From Candidatus Omnitrophota bacterium (lineage in GTDB: Bacteria > Omnitrophota > Omnitrophia > JAHJGZ01): a DNA stretch of 64,000 nucleotides. Both the position numbers and the translations under genes were made by a program. The DNA lies in the NCBI GenBank assembly GCA_018823795.1, contig JAHJGZ010000132.1, positions 21,755 to 85,754 on the forward strand. Direction: 5' to 3'. Below, piece after piece: positions 58,559 to 64,000 of the stretch (the first letter of the stretch is position 1; each line of letters starts with the position of its first letter). Below the pieces are notes generated by a model, which was not told where the DNA came from, ran no database searches, and was given only the letters and a program-made list of their open reading frames with translations.

Positions 58559-58837
58559 TTACAGCGCCATTTTAAAACTGTTTCCTTCTTCATCTTTAAC
58601 TTTAAGAAAAAAATCACAGGTCATGCAACTGCGTTTATCTTGTGCAAACGTACCTTTTTTTTTCTCTTTACAGAACGTTCCTGCAATAAGCCAGCAGATT
58701 CTCCCCGCATTCGTGCCGCCATTTATTCCATCGCTTGTTTTGTTTGAGGCTGCAGGACAGACACCGAGTTTTTTCACCTTCTGCCCGCCGATACCCCTTC
58801 CACATCTTTTAAATTCCCAACAATTTTCTTTCATCAT
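58559..58837 (-). CDS. Cys-rich 'two-CW' protein, copy 2
   Basis: MMKENCWEFKRCGRG...GRICWLIAGTFC...CMTCDFF, paralogous to 60234..60506. The start is probably the ATG at 58837 or 58834. Confidence 0.75.
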   Translation of the reverse strand: MMKENCWEFKRCGRGIGGQKVKKLGVCPAASNKTSDGINGGTNAGRICWLIAGTFCKEKKKGTFAQDKRSCMTCDFFLKVKDEEGNSFKMAL

Positions 58838-58976
58838 ACTATTCATCCCCTTTCATTTTCATAATGCCCCCAGCCTTCTGATATGTTTTTTCTCTCGTGG
58901 CTTCCAAATGCTATCCTGTACGTATCATTACAATACAACATAACAAATGTATTTGTAGGTCGTGGGCAAAAAAAAT

Positions 58977-59297
58977 TTACCAAGCTACTTCTTGGTTTTG
59001 ATTACGATACACCGCACATTTATTTCTTTCGCGCGGTTTGCACTTTTTGATCTCCCAACACGGTTTCTTTAACATGAGCTCTCTGACCCCTGCCAGATTA
59101 ATCCTTTTCTGCTGAACCATTTCTTTAATAAACTTCAACTTCCCCAAGTCACAGCGGGAGTAATATCTATTCTTCCCAAGGCGAGCCGGTTTAATTAAGC
59201 CTTTATGCTCCCAAATTCTCAGCGTAGCTAAACACACCTCTAAAAGATGAGCAACGATACCAATCGTATAAACCGGTTTATTATCATGATGTTCCAT
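58977..59297 (-). CDS. MerR-family HTH regulator with C-terminal CWEIKKC..C motif
   Basis: The MerR HTH reads YTIGIVAHLLEVCLATLRIWEHKGLIKP and the C-terminus reads KKPCWEIKKCKPRERNKC. Confidence 0.8.
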   Translation of the reverse strand: MEHHDNKPVYTIGIVAHLLEVCLATLRIWEHKGLIKPARLGKNRYYSRCDLGKLKFIKEMVQQKRINLAGVRELMLKKPCWEIKKCKPRERNKCAVYRNQNQEVAW

Positions 59298-59508
59298 TTT
59301 TTCTCCTCACCGTTATTCAACAGATAAAGACTACCACCTCAAAACGTTGTTGTCAAGTAACCTATAAAGAGCATTATTAGATGCCGTTTTTTTGATATTT
59401 CTGTATGAGTAGATTGTTCAACCGATGGCAGGAAAAAACATGCTCTGAATGATATAAACAGGTATGTACCATTCGAAAAAAATTCTCATCACTGCCGGCA
59501 GTGTAGGC

Positions 59509-59700
59509 GGCCATATAACTTTGATCGTTCATTTACCCCTGCCTGCTTCTCAAACCGAAGCAATGCGGCAGGGATTAATTCGGCCATATGACTTTGATCG
59601 TTCATTTACCCCTGCCTGCTTCTCAAACCGAAGCAATGCGGCAGGGATTAATTCGGCCATATGACTTACGTTCGCTCTACTCCGTAAGCCATGGCCTCAT
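59509..59700 (+). repeat. intergenic module copy 7: two 73-bp tandem units plus a terminal P2, in plus-sense orientation
   Basis: The units span 59509-59581 and 59582-59654 and differ by a single base by eye (59517 a vs 59590 g). The terminal P2 spans 59661-59692 and is followed by ggcctcattta. Confidence 0.8.
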
Positions 59701-59928
59701 TTATTCTATCATATCCAACGTCTCTTTTATGGCATCGACCTTATCAGCCACAAAAATTTTATAATGTACGAGCAGTCCCTGTTTAATAACGGATAAGTTT
59801 TCTTGCGAAATATTTTCGACATGTATCTTATTCCTGCGGCAGACTCGAGAAATCGTGGTACATACATCTGTTGCACAAATAGGGGATATCGCTTTCACCA
59901 GCCGAACATAATATGAATTTTCTTCCAT
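59701..59928 (-). CDS. 75-aa partner protein, copy 2
   Basis: MEENSYYVRLVKAISPICATDVCTTISRVC...ENISQENLSVIKQGLLVHYK, a paralog of 59972..60202. Confidence 0.7.
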   Translation of the reverse strand: MEENSYYVRLVKAISPICATDVCTTISRVCRRNKIHVENISQENLSVIKQGLLVHYKIFVADKVDAIKETLDMIE

Positions 59929-59971
59929 TCTCTGATCCTTTGCTCAAGTATGAATCTTTCGGCATGAACTG

Positions 59972-60202
59972 CTATACGACAGTATTGAGTTTTGTTTTAA
60001 TCATCTCCATTTTATTAGCTAAAAAGTTTTTATAGTGTTCTACAATACCGCTTTTAATCATCGGTAAATCTTCTTTTGATATATTTTCGACATTCAACCC
60101 GTTTTCTTTACACACAGCATACACGGTAGTACCGACACCGACTGAAATGATTGGGGAAAGCGCTTTCACTAATTGGATATAATAGGTATTGGTAATAGCC
60201 AT
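59972..60202 (-). CDS. 75-aa partner protein, copy 1
   Basis: MAITNTYYIQLVKALSPIISVGVGTTVYAVC...ENISKEDLPMIKSGIVEHYK, starting 31 nt after the two-CW gene. Confidence 0.7.
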   Translation of the reverse strand: MAITNTYYIQLVKALSPIISVGVGTTVYAVCKENGLNVENISKEDLPMIKSGIVEHYKNFLANKMEMIKTKLNTVV

Positions 60203-60233
60203 GGTTTCACAACGATATATGCGTACGGGTCTT

Positions 60234-60506
60234 TTACGTCATTTTAAAATCGGTTCCTTCTTCTTTTTTTACTTTGACGAAAAAATCACAGGTCATACAG
60301 GTCTGTTTCTTTTGTGCAAAAGTACCCTGCCGTTGCCCGCCACCAAACGTACCGGCAACAAGCCAGCACATTCTTCCTGCATTCTCGCCGCCATTTATTC
60401 CATTACAGGCAACGAACTTGGTAACCGGACACGCACCTAATTCATCTATCTTGTTCCCGCCTTTTCCTCGTCCGCATTTTTTAAACTCCCAGCAATTCTC
60501 TTTCAT
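60234..60506 (-). CDS. Cys-rich 'two-CW' protein, copy 1
   Basis: MKENCWEFKKCGRGKGG...GRMCWLVAGTF...CMTCDFF. A GAGGAGAG SD precedes the ATG. Confidence 0.8.
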   Translation of the reverse strand: MKENCWEFKKCGRGKGGNKIDELGACPVTKFVACNGINGGENAGRMCWLVAGTFGGGQRQGTFAQKKQTCMTCDFFVKVKKEEGTDFKMT

Positions 60507-60570
60507 CGTCAGTCTCTCCTCGTGTTAGATTATTCGATATACATTACGGCATAAAGGAACTATTTCTTTA

Positions 60571-60716
60571 GCCCCGTTAGAGATTATGTACTATTTTATA
60601 TTACACGTCTTTTTAAAAAAAAAGATACCTTGTACCCATATTCGTATTTCATCGAGATACGGAAACGCCTACTATTCACACGCTGCGTTTCCTATCTCTA
60701 ATGGGGTTAGCCCCCC
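60571..60716 (-). promoter_or_regulatory. CCCCGTTAGAG-type inverted repeat in the leader of the two-CW operon
   Basis: The arms are ccccgttagag (60572-82) and ctctaatgggg (60696-706), with the mini-palindrome ggggttagcccc (60703-14). The architecture matches the pseudopilin leaders. Confidence 0.5.
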
Positions 60717-60745
60717 TATGGAAAAAATTATACATTTCTGATCGT

Positions 60746-61588
60746 TCACGAGCGTCTCCCCTGCACTGTACGTACTGCGAGTTCTTCTTTCTTCCGTGCG
60801 GCATATTGATAAAGCAACGGTGTAACAGGCAGCCCTTCCTGCGGATGGGTAAGAATATGCCACCAGAGCTTCTTTGCTTCCGCCCTGACTGCCTCCCGTT
60901 CCTTAGTGAGGGCCAGTGGTTTTGCTTCTGAATAAATAAGGGCATTTGGATTAAATCGGATACGAAAACCGGCGATAAGCAAGCGATGGCCATATTCAAT
61001 ATCTTCATAGCCAAATGTTTTTCCGAGTGCAAATCGTTCATCAAAAAGACCGGCACGCTCAATGCACTCACGAGATAATGCTACGTTACCACCCATGAGT
61101 TCAGTCAGATTGTTTTCTTCGCTTAATCTTTGCAAGCGTCTCATAGCGTCATCATCAACCGTTATGGGAAGCTTTGTATTTAATTGTGCCCGATTATACG
61201 TAATACACCCGGTAAGAACTTTTTCCCCTTTTTGCAATAGGGTAAGGTGTGCATCCATCCATTGCGTATGCGGAATGGTATCATCATCTAAAAAGAGTAA
61301 ATATTCACCCCGTGCTTTCTTTATCCCCTTATTACGTGCAACAGAGGTACCGTATGTATCCGTAAGACCGGTATTATCATAGGAAATGTCAAACCGATAT
61401 GCCCGTTCCTCAATGATGCGTTGTACAAATTCCTGGGTTGTATCGGTCGACCCGTCATCAACGATAATGACTTCAAAGGAAACATCCGGTGCTACCACTT
61501 GGCAATCTAAGTGGTTCAAAACCTCTTCGAGGATTTTCCTGCGGTTAAATGTACAAATAATGACTGAGGCAGTATAGGAAAAATTCAT
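60746..61588 (-). CDS. family 2 glycosyltransferase
   Basis: SVIICTFNRRKILEEVL...IIVDDGSTD...FLDDD is the GT-A fold with its DxD motif. Confidence 0.85.
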   Translation of the reverse strand: MNFSYTASVIICTFNRRKILEEVLNHLDCQVVAPDVSFEVIIVDDGSTDTTQEFVQRIIEERAYRFDISYDNTGLTDTYGTSVARNKGIKKARGEYLLFLDDDTIPHTQWMDAHLTLLQKGEKVLTGCITYNRAQLNTKLPITVDDDAMRRLQRLSEENNLTELMGGNVALSRECIERAGLFDERFALGKTFGYEDIEYGHRLLIAGFRIRFNPNALIYSEAKPLALTKEREAVRAEAKKLWWHILTHPQEGLPVTPLLYQYAARKKEELAVRTVQGRRS

Positions 61589-61703
61589 GGTTGATTATAG
61601 TCGATATACTGTGAAGCGTCAAAATAAAAAAGGAATAAGGGCTAAGGGGTAAGAGATAAGTGAAAGAAAAGCGTACGCCCTACCCCTTACCTCTATATTT
61701 CAC

Positions 61704-62792
61704 TCAGATCATGTCAATAATAAACGTCATGTCCTCCGGCTCGTCGTTCGAGGCTGGTTGAACTTTCCAAAGTTTTATATACAATCGTGCGGGAAGTTTG
61801 CTAATTTGAATCTTAAAATCCGGAGTATCCGGACTCATATTGTTACCTCCCCCCTCATAGCCGCAACTGCCACCGACATGTAACATAAAAGGAATCAACA
61901 ACGCTCCGCCTGATGTACTCAATGATATCGCATTTCGTGACTGTTTGTTATCGACATGAAGATACTGAAAACCAAGGTCGCGTGCATTATAGGCATACAA
62001 GTCAAACGTCCGGTCATTGAGACTGAGATACTCGTACGGTTGGGCTTCTTTCCAAAATCGCCTTACGGCATACGTCACCTTTGCCCATTTTTCCTCTTTT
62101 TTCCATACTAATGTAGTCGGTTTAGGATACACCGCTTTCGGCCGAAGATTTTTATCTTTTATAACATAGGCATGTCCTTCATCAAGGCCGACTAAAATAT
62201 AAGGATTTGCGATGAAACGTGACTCCTCTGATAATCCTTCGATACTCTTCTGACCCGGACCATAATAACAAAGACCTAAAATCCCCCACCATGGTTTTCC
62301 ACTTTCAATGTCTCCAAAAACCTCAGCTGACGGCTCATACGTATCAACAACTAATCCAGGATATTGTGCAACATATTGGCGGCGAAGCTCATATATCTCC
62401 TCTTTTGATTTGAAATCAAGTTCAATCATCGGATTGATACGCAGGTATAGCGTCGACTCATTTGTCGTTGATTCACTCTCTCCACTGCTCTCTAATACCT
62501 CCTCTGGAGTATTGTCGCTCTTCGCGCTGCGAGCCTGCAAAATTTTTTCATTCTCTTCCGTCGTGGTACGCTCTATTTTTTCGATTTCATTCTTTGAAAA
62601 GGTAAAGCTGCCCACCCCGATATTAACAACAATCGTGTCTGTTGTTTCACGTTTAACGACAACGTTCTCAAGCACTTCTTTATCTTTAAAGTAGAGGATA
62701 TCGGCAAATGCCGTGGAGGGGTTGAGTCCACTGATGATAATGATAATAATAAAGAGGAGTTTTTCCACCTTATGGGTATACATTGTATACAA
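61704..62792 (-). CDS. secreted hypothetical protein
   Basis: 362-aa ORF with an N-terminal hydrophobic segment. No recognised domain. Confidence 0.5.
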   Translation of the reverse strand: MYTMYTHKVEKLLFIIIIIISGLNPSTAFADILYFKDKEVLENVVVKRETTDTIVVNIGVGSFTFSKNEIEKIERTTTEENEKILQARSAKSDNTPEEVLESSGESESTTNESTLYLRINPMIELDFKSKEEIYELRRQYVAQYPGLVVDTYEPSAEVFGDIESGKPWWGILGLCYYGPGQKSIEGLSEESRFIANPYILVGLDEGHAYVIKDKNLRPKAVYPKPTTLVWKKEEKWAKVTYAVRRFWKEAQPYEYLSLNDRTFDLYAYNARDLGFQYLHVDNKQSRNAISLSTSGGALLIPFMLHVGGSCGYEGGGNNMSPDTPDFKIQISKLPARLYIKLWKVQPASNDEPEDMTFIIDMI

Positions 62793-62828
62793 ATATAATA
62801 GCAGAAAGAATAGGGAAAATAAAGGGCA

Positions 62829-63989
62829 TTATGCAAAGACCTTAATAATGTCTTGCAGCATTGCTTGTTTGAGTTTGTCGGTCATGGCGTCTTGAATATC
62901 GTCAGTATTAAAAAACCTCTGCTGTTCTAACTCTTGAACCTTCTGTGCATCTAAAAAGAACAGACCGAGTTTGAGTTTTGCTTCGTCTGACAACTTAATA
63001 TTCTCGACAGTACTATTTGGTGCGTATAAGTTCTCAATCTTCGTGAAGACATAGCCCAGCGGTAGTGATGAGGAAACATCACCATATATAACACGAACTT
63101 TATTATGCAATGTGATATCGGTGATGTTCCTTAATGTCTGTCTAATAGATGCTGAAAAGATATCTATTATTTTTCGCTGGTTTGGAATAAAAACATTGAT
63201 CTTCTTAAAGTTCAAAAGAGTGTCTTCAAAAAATTGATAGTTCCCCTCATTAACATGATACAACTTATCCGACGATATTACCGTTTGTACGATATCCTCC
63301 TCCTCACGCCCAAGCATCCTTCTTAGTTCCTTACAATAGAACGCCCGTGTCTCAGGAGGGACGTCAGCGGGGAAAAAAATAAAGATCTTTTTATAACAAT
63401 CAAACATATTTCGTTCGACAAACTCACGCACTTTTTCCCTATCCATTTTTACCATCATATCAACATACTCTGCATGCATAAGAGCAGCAGTATTTGATGA
63501 TTCCCTTTCAGCGCGAGCAGCATTTTCATCACTCTTTTTATGAAATACTGCGCCTTTGGAGAGAATATCGATCAGCATCTGCTGAATAGATGCAGCATTT
63601 TCCTTATCGATCGTCTGTGCTTCAAGTGCTTTTTTAATGAGTACCTGAGCAAGTGCTCTGGTATCGTTCCACATCTCAGGATCACCGGAATCTTTGATGA
63701 GGCCGGCAAGCAACACTTCGCGTAAACGTATCGGATACGATTCGCTCATCTGCTTCGCAATCTTCTGATTAATAAATGCCCGAATTGCGTACCTGAACCA
63801 TCCTTTTTCCGCTACATCGTCCGGTGTTGCATCTAAACCAAACCGCTTTTTAAAATAGCGTGCGATTCGATCATCCCACATGTAATTTTGTGGGAATTCT
63901 GTCCGTTGCAATGCGATACTTTGTTGAAGACCCTCTTTGCTATGGCCATGAATCGCGCACAGCAGTTCATGGAAGAGATATTCATGCAT
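62829..63989 (-). CDS. hypothetical protein
   Basis: 386-aa ORF with no recognised domain. Confidence 0.5.
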   Translation of the reverse strand: MHEYLFHELLCAIHGHSKEGLQQSIALQRTEFPQNYMWDDRIARYFKKRFGLDATPDDVAEKGWFRYAIRAFINQKIAKQMSESYPIRLREVLLAGLIKDSGDPEMWNDTRALAQVLIKKALEAQTIDKENAASIQQMLIDILSKGAVFHKKSDENAARAERESSNTAALMHAEYVDMMVKMDREKVREFVERNMFDCYKKIFIFFPADVPPETRAFYCKELRRMLGREEEDIVQTVISSDKLYHVNEGNYQFFEDTLLNFKKINVFIPNQRKIIDIFSASIRQTLRNITDITLHNKVRVIYGDVSSSLPLGYVFTKIENLYAPNSTVENIKLSDEAKLKLGLFFLDAQKVQELEQQRFFNTDDIQDAMTDKLKQAMLQDIIKVFA

Positions 63990-64000
63990 AAGCTTTAACG

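Noticed and set aside
58026-58943. ORFs 58026..58262 (-), 58396..58617 (-), 58491..58943 (+) and 57922..58119 (+)
   Set aside because: They have no SD, and they overlap repeat modules or are wrong-frame or antisense readings of the two-CW and partner genes. The paralog-supported frames explain the region better.
59509-59700. Possible CRISPR array
   Set aside because: There are only about 2.6 units. The units are contiguous 73-bp duplications with no unique spacers, and they are homologous to the dispersed intergenic module. No cas genes are present.
60676-61071. ORFs 60676..61071 (-), 60672..60863 (-) and 60701..60931 (+), overlapping the 3' end of the glycosyltransferase gene
   Set aside because: They are alternative frames of the GT2 gene or of the inverted-repeat arm. 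Their composition is Arg/Cys-rich and they have no family signature.
1-64000. Prophage, integron, transposon or genomic island
   Set aside because: I recognised no integrase, transposase, recombinase, phage structural or tRNA genes. Housekeeping genes are interspersed throughout.

Overview
AT-rich bacterial chromosomal segment. I recognised no rRNA, tRNA, CRISPR array, transposase or integrase. About 65 genes are present and all but two lie on the minus strand. Lineage cannot be determined from sequence alone; the many prepilin-type 'GFTLIE' proteins would fit an uncultivated PVC/Omnitrophota-like organism, which is speculation. Content in plus-strand coordinate order: hypD/hypC and a truncated hypF; a cupin; apt; a sigma-70 with a polybasic N-terminus, translationally coupled to ppdK; glyQ/glyS; comEA; an XRE-cupin regulator (+ strand); a type II secretion / type IV pilus-like cluster (pilO/gspM-like, pilMN/gspL-like, gspK-J-I-H-G-F); cutA; exbBD; uvrA; an aspartate-centred cofactor block (nadX-nadA-panD-panC-folK plus an aminotransferase); gspE; a histidine kinase with an HD-GYP response regulator; recO; the phoH-pgpH-ybeY block; aspS/hisS; an RRM protein; rpsU; an FKBP isomerase; assorted envelope and hypothetical genes; an MCP; an ABC substrate-binding protein; a cNMP-binding protein; a glycosyltransferase. 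Main hunt results: (1) at 58.3-60.5 kb, a duplicated cassette of Cys-rich 'CWEFKxC' proteins with 75-aa partner paralogs, around a MerR regulator that carries the same CW motif. Its function is unknown and it is my best candidate for an undescribed sensory/regulatory system. (2) A family of structured intergenic modules (hairpin P1, ATTAATTC linker, hairpin P2, then the SD) occurs at least 7 times, with compensatory stem changes and an embedded 9-codon mini-ORF. (3) 12-nt inverted repeats pair the 5' UTR of each pseudopilin gene with the codons of its prepilin cleavage site; orphan copies exist elsewhere. (4) GC-rich palindromes sit just after stop codons. Several genes carry lesions: frameshifts in glyS, the gspI-like gene and one small paralog, and an in-frame TAA in the pilO/gspM-like gene. 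The three frameshifts sit at or beside short homopolymer runs, so assembly error must be excluded before any biological reading.
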